DNA from: a virus
Taxonomy: Duplodnaviria > Caudoviricetes
Strand: one strand, 5' to 3'
Virus record (IMG/VR): IMGVR_UViG_3300012940_001451
Location: 1-30,871 of that record
DNA: 30,871 bases
Position numbers and translations under genes: made by a program. The notes under the pieces were generated by a model. It was given only the letters and a program-made list of their open reading frames with translations. It was not told where the DNA came from and ran no database searches. The number at the start of each line of letters is the position of its first letter. The stretch's first letter is position 1. Shown piece by piece: positions 12,348 through 20,832 of this stretch.

Positions 12348-14151
12348 CGATCTCGCCACGCACTACGCCTGTGATGTTCTGGACGGGAAGGTTGTAGCAG
12401 GGGAGTTCGCCCGGGCGGCTTGTTCCAGGCACCTGAAGGACCTGGACGGCGGATCGACGCGCGGCCTGTCGTTCGACGCGGCGAAGGCGAAGCGACATTG
12501 CGGGTTTTTCCCTGCGGTGCTGACGGTGACCGAAGGTGCAGCGGCCGGCAAGCCGTTCAATCTGTTGCCCTGGCATGGGTTCGTTATCGCTTCGCTATTC
12601 GGCTGGCAGCGGTCGGACGGGCTCCGACGATACCGCATGGCGTGGCTGGAAACCGGGAAGGGTCAAGCCAAGTCACCACTGATGGCCGGCATCGGCGTCG
12701 ACATGATGGGTTTTGCTGGAAAGGAGCGGTCAGAAGTCTACGCCATTGCCGGCGACAAGGATCAGGCCAACGTCCTGTTCAAGGATGCGGTGGCCATGTG
12801 CCGGGCAAACCTGCCGGATCGTGACGAGGATGAATTCGAGTCGCTGGAAAGCCGCGGCGATGTGGTGATCCGCGGAACTGGCGATCACGCATGGAAGATC
12901 GAGCATCCGGCGACCAGTTCGAAATTCATGTCGATGGCGTCAGTGGATTCGATATCCGGCCCAAGACCCTACGCGGTGCTGGCCGACGAAATCCACGAGT
13001 TCAAAACCGCCTATGCGCTCCAGATATGGAAGGCGGCCATCGACAAGATGAGCGGCGATCCACTGATGCTGCTAGGCACAAATACGCCGGCCATCAATCA
13101 GATTGTCGGAACGGAATATTCGGAGCTGTTCCAGAAGGTGGTCACCGGACAAGCTGAGGACGATAGCCTGTTTGGCTTCATTGCACGGGTGGACGAGAAG
13201 GACCGCGAAACCGTCTTCGACAACGAGGACTGCTGGCAGAAGGCTCTGCCGGCGCTGGGCATTACCTATCCGGTCGACAACGTCAGGAAGCGGGTCAACA
13301 CGGCCAAGCTGATGTTGTCGGAAGCCCTATCGACCAAGCGGCTGTATTTCGGCATTCCGGTTGGCACGGAAGGCTTCTGGACAACGCAAGAGGCGTGGGA
13401 AAGCTGTCAAGGTGAGGTCAATGAGGCCGACATGCTCGGCTCGCCGTGCTGGCTGAGCCTCGACCTGTCGAAGAAGAACGACTTGACCGCCTTGTCGGCG
13501 TGCTGGCGCAAGGATCTGAAGCTGTACGTCAAGACCTGGTACTTCACGACGAAGGCCGGCATTCACGATCGGGCGCGAGACGATAATGCGCCCTACGACA
13601 AATGGGCCGAAGATCCGAAGGTGACGTTGGAGGCGGTGCTGGGCGCAACGATCGACTACGAGTTCGTCGGCGCAAAGGTGAAGGCGCTCGTCGACGCCGG
13701 GCACGATGTGCAGTTCCTGACCTTCGACCCGGCCAAGATCGGCGATTTTATCGACGCCTGTGCCCGGATCGATTTTCCTGTCTGGAAGTTCGAGGGGCCG
13801 GACAAGCCGGAGGGCGACGGTTTGAAGCTGGTTTCGCATGGCCAAGGCACGCGCATCGTGTTCGTCGAACGGGCGCTGTGCATGCCGAAGTCGATCGAGA
13901 AACTGGAAGACGCGATCCTTGACGGCAGCATCGTCATCGACTCTTGCCCGGTGACGACGATGTGTGCCTCGAACGCGATCATCGTCTCCGATCCGATGAA
14001 CAATCGGGCCTTCGACAAGAAGCGCTCGCGGGGTCGGATCGACGGCATGGTTTCAATCGCGCAAGCGGTCGGCGCGGCGCACAACGAGTTCGAGGCGATC
14101 GTGGCGACGTCACCCTGGGACGATCCGGCATTTTCATTGGTAGGCGCATGA
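12319..14151 (+). CDS. terL: Terminase large subunit (start may be GTG 12310)
   Basis: PFNLLPW; Walker A-like ETGKGQAKS; Walker B VLADEIHE; nuclease motifs LDLS..NDLTA, FDP, RIDGMVS. Confidence 0.95.
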   Translation: MAISARPAADDLATHYACDVLDGKVVAGEFARAACSRHLKDLDGGSTRGLSFDAAKAKRHCGFFPAVLTVTEGAAAGKPFNLLPWHGFVIASLFGWQRSDGLRRYRMAWLETGKGQAKSPLMAGIGVDMMGFAGKERSEVYAIAGDKDQANVLFKDAVAMCRANLPDRDEDEFESLESRGDVVIRGTGDHAWKIEHPATSSKFMSMASVDSISGPRPYAVLADEIHEFKTAYALQIWKAAIDKMSGDPLMLLGTNTPAINQIVGTEYSELFQKVVTGQAEDDSLFGFIARVDEKDRETVFDNEDCWQKALPALGITYPVDNVRKRVNTAKLMLSEALSTKRLYFGIPVGTEGFWTTQEAWESCQGEVNEADMLGSPCWLSLDLSKKNDLTALSACWRKDLKLYVKTWYFTTKAGIHDRARDDNAPYDKWAEDPKVTLEAVLGATIDYEFVGAKVKALVDAGHDVQFLTFDPAKIGDFIDACARIDFPVWKFEGPDKPEGDGLKLVSHGQGTRIVFVERALCMPKSIEKLEDAILDGSIVIDSCPVTTMCASNAIIVSDPMNNRAFDKKRSRGRIDGMVSIAQAVGAAHNEFEAIVATSPWDDPAFSLVGA

Positions 14152-15407
14152 ACCTTCTTGGCTTTGACATACGCCGCGCCGAACAGCGGTCCAGCATCGA
14201 GAACCCTGCGGTTCCGGTCTCGCAGACGGCCGAGTTCGCAGCCTTTTTCGGGCTGGACTCGGTCAAGCTGCCACATGTGACGATCGACAGCGCCATGACG
14301 GTTCCGGCCGTGCTGGCGGCAGTGACCTTTCTGTCGCGCACGATGGCGACCCTGCCGCTCCACGCCTATCGCGACACGAAGGATGGAGCGACTCGGCTCA
14401 CTGGCAAGACGGCGACCACGATCCACGACGCGCCCAATGACCTGATGGGTTCGTTCAAGTTCCGGCAGTATTTCTGGCAATGCGTGTTTACAGGCGGCCG
14501 TGGCCTGGCCTGGGTCGAGCGCAACGGTTCGGTGATCGAGGCGCTGTGGCCGATGGACCCGCGCAAGACGACGGTGAAGCGCTCCGGTTTCGACCTGATC
14601 TACATGTTCGAGAACAAGGAATATCCGGCGGCTGACGTGATCGACGTGCCGTTCATGTTGAAGGAAGATCAGGTATCGCACCGAGGCCCGATCAACATGG
14701 CGGCGAAGGCGATCCAGCTGGCGCTTGCCATGAATGATTACGGCGCGAACTTCTTTGCTGGTGGCGGTGTTCCTCCGCTGGCGCTGGTCGGGCCGCTTCC
14801 GCAAGGTGGCGAAGGTCTGAAGCGCGCGCTCGGCGACGTGCGTCGCGCGATCGACGAGGCGCATTCGCTCGGCAAGAACATCGTGGCGATCCCGCCCGGC
14901 CACGAGTTAAAGCCAGTCGGCTATGAGCCGGACAAAGGCCAGATGACCGAGGCTCGGCTATTCCAGATTCAGGAGATTGCCCGCGCCTGGCAGTTGCCGC
15001 CGGCCTTCTTGCAGGACCTTAGCAAAGGCACCTTCGCCAACGTCGAGCAGCAGGATTTGCACCTGGTCAAGCACCTGATCAGCCAGTGGGCCAAGGCGTT
15101 CGAGGATGAGGCCAACCTGAAGCTGTTTGGGCGGGGCAATAACGGAAGGTATGTCGAGCACAATCTCGATGGACTCCAACGCGGCGACTTCAAGAGCCGG
15201 ATCGAAGGCATCGCGCGCGCCATTCAGACCGCCCAGCTTACGCCGAACGAAGCGCGAGCGCTCGAGAACCGACCCAAGCACACGAATCCGGATGCCGATG
15301 AACTCCTGGTGCAGGGCGCCACGGTTGTGCTCGGCAAGCAGCCTTTGAAGCCAGTGCCGGCCGAACCAAAACCTGACAACGGAGATGGCAATGAGCCAGA
15401 AGCCTGA
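14148..15407 (+). CDS. HK97-family portal protein
   Basis: Start re-called at ATG 14148 (ATGA overlap); AMTVPAV.AAV..LS..MATLPL; FF.GGGVP; ARLFQIQEIAR...LPP; LTPNEARALEN. Confidence 0.95.
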   Translation: MNLLGFDIRRAEQRSSIENPAVPVSQTAEFAAFFGLDSVKLPHVTIDSAMTVPAVLAAVTFLSRTMATLPLHAYRDTKDGATRLTGKTATTIHDAPNDLMGSFKFRQYFWQCVFTGGRGLAWVERNGSVIEALWPMDPRKTTVKRSGFDLIYMFENKEYPAADVIDVPFMLKEDQVSHRGPINMAAKAIQLALAMNDYGANFFAGGGVPPLALVGPLPQGGEGLKRALGDVRRAIDEAHSLGKNIVAIPPGHELKPVGYEPDKGQMTEARLFQIQEIARAWQLPPAFLQDLSKGTFANVEQQDLHLVKHLISQWAKAFEDEANLKLFGRGNNGRYVEHNLDGLQRGDFKSRIEGIARAIQTAQLTPNEARALENRPKHTNPDADELLVQGATVVLGKQPLKPVPAEPKPDNGDGNEPEA

Positions 15408-15990
15408 TGGCGCAGAGAAGCGCGCCCTGGTACTGCCCGTCGAGCATCGCGCCGACGCCGACGGCAAGATGACTGTCGCTGGCTATGCCGCCGTTTTCGG
15501 CGAGATCGCCGACATCGGCGGTTGGTTCAAGGAGGTCGTCGCGCGCGGCGCGTTCACGAACACGCTGAAGACCGCCGACGTGCGAGCCTATTTCGACCAT
15601 GACACCGGTCGGGTGCTTGGCCGTTTGTCGGCGGGAACGCTCCGGTGTGCGGAGGACGACAAGGGCCTTCGCGTAGAGATCGATCTTCCCGACACCAGTG
15701 ATGGCCGAGACGTGAAGGCGCTGGTCGAACGCGGAGATGTGTCCGGCATGTCGTTCCGGTTCGAGGCTGTTCGGCAGGAGTGGGACGAAACCGTTGATCC
15801 GCCGACGCGCACTCTTCTGGAGGTCAAACTCGGCGAGGTTAGCATCGTTTCCGAACCGGCCTATGACGGAACATCAGTTGCCCTTCGTTCGCGTGAAGAG
15901 GCGTTGAAGGCGGCCAAGCGCCAGCACAACGCCGCCGCTTTCGCCCGCCGCAAGGCCGAGGCCGAAGCGAAGTTCCGCAAGATTTCCTGA
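15391..15990 (+). CDS. HK97-family prohead protease
   Basis: GYAAVF...FKEVVARGAF...FDHD...LGR...EDDKGL...GMSFRF...EVSIVSEPAY; GGAG SD favours ATG 15391. Confidence 0.95.
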   Translation: MSQKPDGAEKRALVLPVEHRADADGKMTVAGYAAVFGEIADIGGWFKEVVARGAFTNTLKTADVRAYFDHDTGRVLGRLSAGTLRCAEDDKGLRVEIDLPDTSDGRDVKALVERGDVSGMSFRFEAVRQEWDETVDPPTRTLLEVKLGEVSIVSEPAYDGTSVALRSREEALKAAKRQHNAAAFARRKAEAEAKFRKIS

Positions 15991-16093
15991 ATTCACCCGG
16001 CATTCGCCGGAGGGCGCGGCAAGCATCCCGCTTCCCGTCTCCACCGCCTGCTTGCGAGCGGGCCTTTCGACGTTGAGCACATAGGAGAACACC

Positions 16094-17362
16094 ATGCTCA
16101 AGGAACTGATCGAGAAGCGGGAAAAGCTCGTGGCCGATGCCCGCTCGGCGCTGGAAGAGATCAAGAAGAACACCGACGAGGCGCGTGCCGCCGAACTCGA
16201 AAAGCGCCACGACGATATCATGGCCGAATTCGACAAGGTCGATGCGCAGATTGCTCGCGAAAAGCGCATGGCCGACGCCGAGAGGCGCCTTGAGGAGCGC
16301 GCAGCCGAGGAACGTGCCCGCAACCGCCCGATTTCCGGCGGCGAGGGTCGCGGCCAGGACGACGGCGAGCAGGTCACCTATCGTTCGGCCTTCCATCGCT
16401 ATGTGGCGGTTGCCGGCGATCTGTCCGCACTTTCCGATGAGGAGCGCGCCGCCCTTCGTGCCGGTGTGGCTCCAAGCGAGGCCCGCGCGCAGACGGTCGG
16501 CACGGCAACTGCCGGCGGCTACACCGTCCCGACCGAACTCAGCAACCAGATCATCGTGTCGATGAAGGCCTGGGGGCCGATGTACGACGAGGATATCTGC
16601 ACGGTCATGAACACGTCGAGCGGCAATCCGATCGACATGCCGACTATCGACGACACGTCTGTCCCGGTGGCACAGCACACCGAAGCGGGCGCCGTCACGG
16701 ACGATGGCGGTTCGGACGCGACCTTCGGGAAGAAGACCCTGAACGCCTATGCCTACGACACCGAATGGGTGAAGTTCTCCTGGGAACTGGCGCAGGACTC
16801 GATCTTCAACTTCGAGACCCTGCTCGGCGATCTGCTCGGCCAGCGCCTCGGGCGCCGCGCCAACACCGAACTGACTACCGGCGACGGCACCGGCGATCCG
16901 AACGGCATCGTGACCGCCTCGACGCTGGGCAAGACCACGGCCTCAGCAACCGCCGTGACCTATGACGAGATCATCGATCTCGTGCACTCGGTCGATCCGG
17001 CCTATCGTCAGTCTCCCAAGGTCAGGTTCATGTTCAATGATCTGACGCTCGGTGCTCTGCGCAAGCTGAAGGACGGCGACGGCCGCTACATCTGGACCCA
17101 GGGCGACGTGCAGAAGGGTGTTCCCGGCTCGATCCTCGGCTATCGCTACAGCATCAACCAGGCGATGGACGGCCTCACCGCCGCCAAGAAGGCCATGCTT
17201 TTCGGCGATTTCGGCAAGTATTTCGTCCGCAAGGTCGGCGGCATCGTCATGTTCGTCGCCCGCGAGCGGTTCGCGCCGGATATCGGCCTTCTCGGCCTGA
17301 TCCGCCTCGACGGCGAACTGGGCGACACGGCGGCGGTCAAGCACCTCATCACGCACGCCTGA
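16094..17362 (+). CDS. HK97-family major capsid protein
   Basis: N-terminal coiled-coil delta domain; GGYTVP; S.ELAQDS; GDGTGDPNGI; LKDGDGRYIW; FGDF; TAGGAG SD. Confidence 0.96.
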   Translation: MLKELIEKREKLVADARSALEEIKKNTDEARAAELEKRHDDIMAEFDKVDAQIAREKRMADAERRLEERAAEERARNRPISGGEGRGQDDGEQVTYRSAFHRYVAVAGDLSALSDEERAALRAGVAPSEARAQTVGTATAGGYTVPTELSNQIIVSMKAWGPMYDEDICTVMNTSSGNPIDMPTIDDTSVPVAQHTEAGAVTDDGGSDATFGKKTLNAYAYDTEWVKFSWELAQDSIFNFETLLGDLLGQRLGRRANTELTTGDGTGDPNGIVTASTLGKTTASATAVTYDEIIDLVHSVDPAYRQSPKVRFMFNDLTLGALRKLKDGDGRYIWTQGDVQKGVPGSILGYRYSINQAMDGLTAAKKAMLFGDFGKYFVRKVGGIVMFVARERFAPDIGLLGLIRLDGELGDTAAVKHLITHA

Positions 17363-17373
17363 TCCTTATGGGC

Positions 17374-17399
17374 GGGGCTTCGGCCCCTCTCTCCCTTCC
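17374..17399 (+). terminator. Post-capsid hairpin (weak terminator or mRNA 3' stabiliser)
   Basis: GGGGC-TTCG-GCCCC followed by a mixed pyrimidine tract rather than a clean U-run. Confidence 0.5.
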
Positions 17400-17420
17400 A
17401 TCCCAGCGCAGGAGCGCACC

Positions 17421-17708
17421 ATGTATTCCACCAAGGTTTACCGGGCGATCGGCGGCGACGAACTCGTTGTCGAAAGCGGCGGCAAGGTCACGCTTAAAGC
17501 GGGAAGCACGCTCGAAAATGCCGGCGATTTCTTCACGTCGGTCACCTTCGATGAGAACTATTTCACCGTCGCGGACGGCGAGGTCACGCTGAAGACGGAA
17601 GTGGCAGCGCTGCTTACGCTCGTCGAAAACATTCCCACTGCCGATCCGGATGTTTCCGGCCAGGTCTGGAACGACGGTGGCGTGCTGAAGGTATCGGCGG
17701 GCGCCTGA
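17421..17708 (+). CDS. Probable head fibre / capsid decoration protein
   Basis: Follows the capsid gene; YSTKVYR..GGD.LVV..GG N-terminus and PTADP.VSGQVWNDGGVLKVS C-terminus. Confidence 0.55.
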   Translation: MYSTKVYRAIGGDELVVESGGKVTLKAGSTLENAGDFFTSVTFDENYFTVADGEVTLKTEVAALLTLVENIPTADPDVSGQVWNDGGVLKVSAGA

Positions 17709-17902
17709 TGCTGATCCGTCTTCTGGTCGGGCTATCCGGCCCGGCCTTCTCCCTTGGTCCCGACGACGAGCGGGATTTCCCGCAGGACGAGGCCATCAGG
17801 CTCATCGAGGCTGGCTACGCCGTGCCTGTGGCTGGTGCCGGGTCGGAGACCGCTGTGAAGACACCCACGTCAGAACGGCGTGGCCGAAAAAGGGCGGGCT
17901 GA
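17708..17902 (+). CDS. Small hypothetical head-region protein
   Basis: TGATG coupling at both ends; EAIRLIEAGYAVP. Confidence 0.75.
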   Translation: MLIRLLVGLSGPAFSLGPDDERDFPQDEAIRLIEAGYAVPVAGAGSETAVKTPTSERRGRKRAG

Positions 17903-18444
17903 TGTGGTATCCGTCGACAGTCACCGTCGCGCCGGCCACCGAACCGGTGACGCTTGACGAAGTCAAGAAGCAGTGCCTTGTCGAAAGCACCGACGACGAT
18001 GCACTGCTGACGCGGCTGATCAAGGCCGCCCGCTCTCATGTCGAGAAATATTGCAACGCCCGCTGGGCAGAGCAGACGCTCGCATGCCAGTGTGACAGCT
18101 TCGTCGACTTCGCCAGGCTGCCCGAGGGGCCGCTGAAGTCGGTCACATCGATCAGCTATGTTGACGCTGCTGGCGATGCACAGACGCTCGACGAGGCAGT
18201 CTATGAAGCGCGGAAGGATGGGCTGGAGCCGTCGATCGCGCTCAAGCCCGGGCAGTCATGGCCGGCAATTCGGCCAGGTTCACGCGTCACACTGACGGCG
18301 GTGTTTGGCGGTGATCTCCCGGATGCCGTCCACCATGCCATGCTCGTGTTCATCGATGCCGCATACCATTCTCGCGAAAATCCCGTGCGCGAGAACTGGA
18401 CCGTCATGGATGCCTTGCTCTGCAATCATCGGAGAGGTGCGTGA
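17902..18444 (+). CDS. Head-tail connector (HK97 gp6-like adaptor)
   Basis: PATEPVTLDEVK.Q......DDDALL..LI.AAR..VE; LP.GPL.SVTSISY.D. Confidence 0.9.
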   Translation: MWYPSTVTVAPATEPVTLDEVKKQCLVESTDDDALLTRLIKAARSHVEKYCNARWAEQTLACQCDSFVDFARLPEGPLKSVTSISYVDAAGDAQTLDEAVYEARKDGLEPSIALKPGQSWPAIRPGSRVTLTAVFGGDLPDAVHHAMLVFIDAAYHSRENPVRENWTVMDALLCNHRRGA

Positions 18445-18638
18445 TGTGGTTCCGCTTCACCCGCAATTTCGATTTCTCGCCTGCCGCGAGGAGAGGTCGC
18501 GTCACCATCGCCTACAAGGCCGGCATGGTGCAGAACGTGACGCGCGAGTGCGCGGAAGCCGCCGAGAAGGCCGGCGCAGGATCCCGCACCAAGCCGGTGA
18601 AGGAGACCGCCGATGGCGATGCCGACGGGAGCCGGTAG
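18444..18638 (+). CDS. Small hypothetical neck-region protein
   Basis: Coupled start, GGAGAGG SD; WFRFTRNFDF.P...TIAYKAG...VTRECAEAA. Confidence 0.7.
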   Translation: MWFRFTRNFDFSPAARRGRVTIAYKAGMVQNVTRECAEAAEKAGAGSRTKPVKETADGDADGSR

Positions 18639-18963
18639 CCTTCGCGAGCGTGTTGCCTTTGACAAGAAGGGAACGGCATCGGACGGAGGCGGCGGAACCA
18701 CGACCGCATGGGCTGAGCAGTTCCAGCGGCGTGCGGCCTATGTCCATCGCAATGGCGGTGAAGCCGTCATGGCCGATCGCCTTCAGGGCAGGCACACGCT
18801 GGTGATCCGTGTACGCGCCGACAGCCAGACGCGCAGCGTATCGACGAACTGGCGCGCTCGGGATGCTCGTGTCGGGACGGTCTACAACATCGTCGACGTG
18901 ACGCCGACGGTCGACCGCATGTGGGTCGACGTGCTGGCGCAGACGGGCGGACCTGCGGGATGA
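18613..18963 (+). CDS. Head closure protein (SPP1 gp16/HK97 gp7-like)
   Basis: AGSLRERVAF......DGGGG....W...GGEAVMADRLQG...IRVR...YNI; AAGGAG SD. Confidence 0.88.
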   Translation: MAMPTGAGSLRERVAFDKKGTASDGGGGTTTAWAEQFQRRAAYVHRNGGEAVMADRLQGRHTLVIRVRADSQTRSVSTNWRARDARVGTVYNIVDVTPTVDRMWVDVLAQTGGPAG

Positions 18964-19406
18964 AGGTCAAAGGCAAGGATAAGTTCCTTGGCCAGATCGC
19001 GGCGCTGCCAGAGGCGATGAAGGCCGAGATCTTGAAGGCGCTCACGGTGTCGGCCGAGGAGACGACTGATCTGCAGAAGCGCTTCGTGCCCGTTAAGCAG
19101 GGCAAGCTGAAGGCATCGATCGGCTATGTCGTCGGTGACCAGGCTCCCGAGGGCGCAGGCATTACCTCCGCTCCGGCAAAGAACGCCACCGACCTGAGTG
19201 TGACGATGTACGCCGGCGATGAGTCGACCATGGTCACGAACAGGCGCGGCGTGAAGTTCCAGAATGCCAAGCTGCAGGAGTTCGGAACCAAGAAGATGCC
19301 GGCGAACCCGTATTTCTTTCCCGGCTTCCGGATCGGCAAGAAGCGGGCGAAACCGCGCATTGCTCGCGCTGTGACGGCTGGCGCAAAGAAGGCGTTCGGC
19401 AAATGA
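18960..19406 (+). CDS. HK97 gp10-like tail completion protein
   Basis: Start re-called at ATG 18960; VPVKQGKLKASI; QEFGTKKMPANPYFFP. Confidence 0.9.
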   Translation: MKVKGKDKFLGQIAALPEAMKAEILKALTVSAEETTDLQKRFVPVKQGKLKASIGYVVGDQAPEGAGITSAPAKNATDLSVTMYAGDESTMVTNRRGVKFQNAKLQEFGTKKMPANPYFFPGFRIGKKRAKPRIARAVTAGAKKAFGK

Positions 19407-19795
19407 TCGACGACGGTCTCCAGAAGGCGATCTATGCCGCGCTGACGGCGGCACCCGCCCTCTGTGGCGGCAAGGTGTTCGACACCGTGCCGAAGGACAC
19501 GGCCGCGCCCTACATCCATATCGGCGACTGCCAGGTGCTTGATGACGGCAACTCCTGCTCGGACGGCTGGGAGTGCTTCACCGACATCCATGTCTGGTCA
19601 GAGCCGGATACCGGCAGCAAGCTCGAAGTGATGCAGATCGGCGCGCAGGTCGTGCCGCGCCTTATCGGCATCGCCAGCGTACCGGGTTTCACCGTCGTCA
19701 TCTCCGCCATCGAAAACGTCCGCTATCTCGACGATCCGGACGGCGTTTCGAAGCACGGCGTCATCACCGTGCGCCACGTCCTCGACGAAGCCTAA
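19403..19795 (+). CDS. Tail terminator (DUF3168)
   Basis: LQKAIYAAL...KVFDTVP...PYIHIG...IHVWS...DPDG...HGV. Confidence 0.88.
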   Translation: MIDDGLQKAIYAALTAAPALCGGKVFDTVPKDTAAPYIHIGDCQVLDDGNSCSDGWECFTDIHVWSEPDTGSKLEVMQIGAQVVPRLIGIASVPGFTVVISAIENVRYLDDPDGVSKHGVITVRHVLDEA

Positions 19796-19816
19796 CCCTC
19801 GAAAGGAAACATCGTC

Positions 19817-20272
19817 ATGCCTACCCCCGTGAAGACAATCCGGGGCAAGCAACTGCTTGTCCAGATCGGCGACGGCGCCGATCCTGAAGTATTCGCCGAC
19901 GACTGCCTGATCAATACCGACCGCGGCATACGGTTCACTTCCGACACCACGTCCGACACTGTCGCATATTGCGATGAACCGGATTCCCCGGCTTGGACCG
20001 AGATCGACAAGAACGGTCTGACTGCCACCATCCCCGGCTCAGGCAAACTGCACACGTCGTCAGTCGAAGAGTGGTTCGAGTGGTACACCAGCAACGACGC
20101 CAAGAACTGCCGCGTCCTTCTCAATGGCGTTTCGGCCGCCAATGGCGGAGGCTATTGGGAGGGCGCCTTCAAGCTGACCGAGTGGGAAGTGACCGGTCCG
20201 GAGAAGGAAAAGGTGACCTCCGCGGTGACGCTCGTTTCGCACGGCCCCGTCACCTGGGTTCCGGCCGAATGA
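19817..20272 (+). CDS. Major tail tube protein
   Basis: GKQLLVQIGDGADPEVF...GSG...WEGAFKLT...VTLVSHGPVTW. Confidence 0.88.
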   Translation: MPTPVKTIRGKQLLVQIGDGADPEVFADDCLINTDRGIRFTSDTTSDTVAYCDEPDSPAWTEIDKNGLTATIPGSGKLHTSSVEEWFEWYTSNDAKNCRVLLNGVSAANGGGYWEGAFKLTEWEVTGPEKEKVTSAVTLVSHGPVTWVPAE

Positions 20273-20673
20273 GGCAGCGCGCCGCGATAGAACTGCCCTT
20301 CGGCGACAAGGACTATACCTTTCGCCTCGGGCTGGCCGAGATCGAGGATCTGGAAGCCGCCTGCGACATGTCGGTTTTCCTTCTCCACTCGGCCGCCACG
20401 GCTCCGCTGCCGTTCGCCAGGCTGAAGCATCTGTCCGAGACCATCCGCCTCGGCCTGATCGGTGGCGGCATGGCTCCGGTCGCGGCGCTGATGCTGGTCA
20501 AGCGTTACGTCGACGATCGGCCTTTGCATGAGAGCGTCGCGATTGCCGGCGCGATCCTGCGGGCGGCGATCGAGCGCGTGCACACCAGCGACCTTGGTGA
20601 CCTGTCGGGGGAAGCGGAGGCGCCGCAGTCGAACGGCTCGACTTCGGCGCCGTCTACGGAGACGCCGTCCTGA
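20269..20673 (+). CDS. Tail assembly chaperone gpG (GTA gp10-like)
   Basis: Start re-called at ATG 20269; FGD.DYTFRLG...I.DLE...ETIRLGLIGGGM.P..A..LV..YV. Confidence 0.85.
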   Translation: MRQRAAIELPFGDKDYTFRLGLAEIEDLEAACDMSVFLLHSAATAPLPFARLKHLSETIRLGLIGGGMAPVAALMLVKRYVDDRPLHESVAIAGAILRAAIERVHTSDLGDLSGEAEAPQSNGSTSAPSTETPS

Positions 20674-20819
20674 TGGGCGTCAGCGACGTCGGCCGTCTCT
20701 CGCTCGGCGAGTGGGCGGCGATCATCCGTCGCTGGAACATAGCCCATGCCGACAAGCCGGAAGCCCCGACCGACGATGAATTCGACCGGGCCGTTGAGGC
20801 GGCGCGGTCGTTGAATTGA
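20607..20819 (+). CDS. gpT segment of the tail chaperone, reached by -1 frameshift (gpGT)
   Basis: The -1 frame is open from G GGG GAA (20607-20613) to TGA 20817-20819 and reads ...RLDFGAVYGDAVLMGVSDVGRLSLGEWAAIIRRWN... Confidence 0.7.
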   Translation, partial: GGSGGAAVERLDFGAVYGDAVLMGVSDVGRLSLGEWAAIIRRWNIAHADKPEAPTDDEFDRAVEAARSLN

Positions 20820-20832
20820 CCAGAAAGTCATC

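Noticed and set aside
13944-14147. N-terminal extensions in the ORF track (portal; also 19993, 18921, 9496, 2255, 4776 starts)
   Set aside because: They overlap neighbouring genes or promoters; downstream coupled or SD-supported starts fit better
19403-20673. Gene transfer agent, given GTA-like tail genes
   Set aside because: Integrase, immunity, replication, HNH/cos and a long TMP indicate a true prophage
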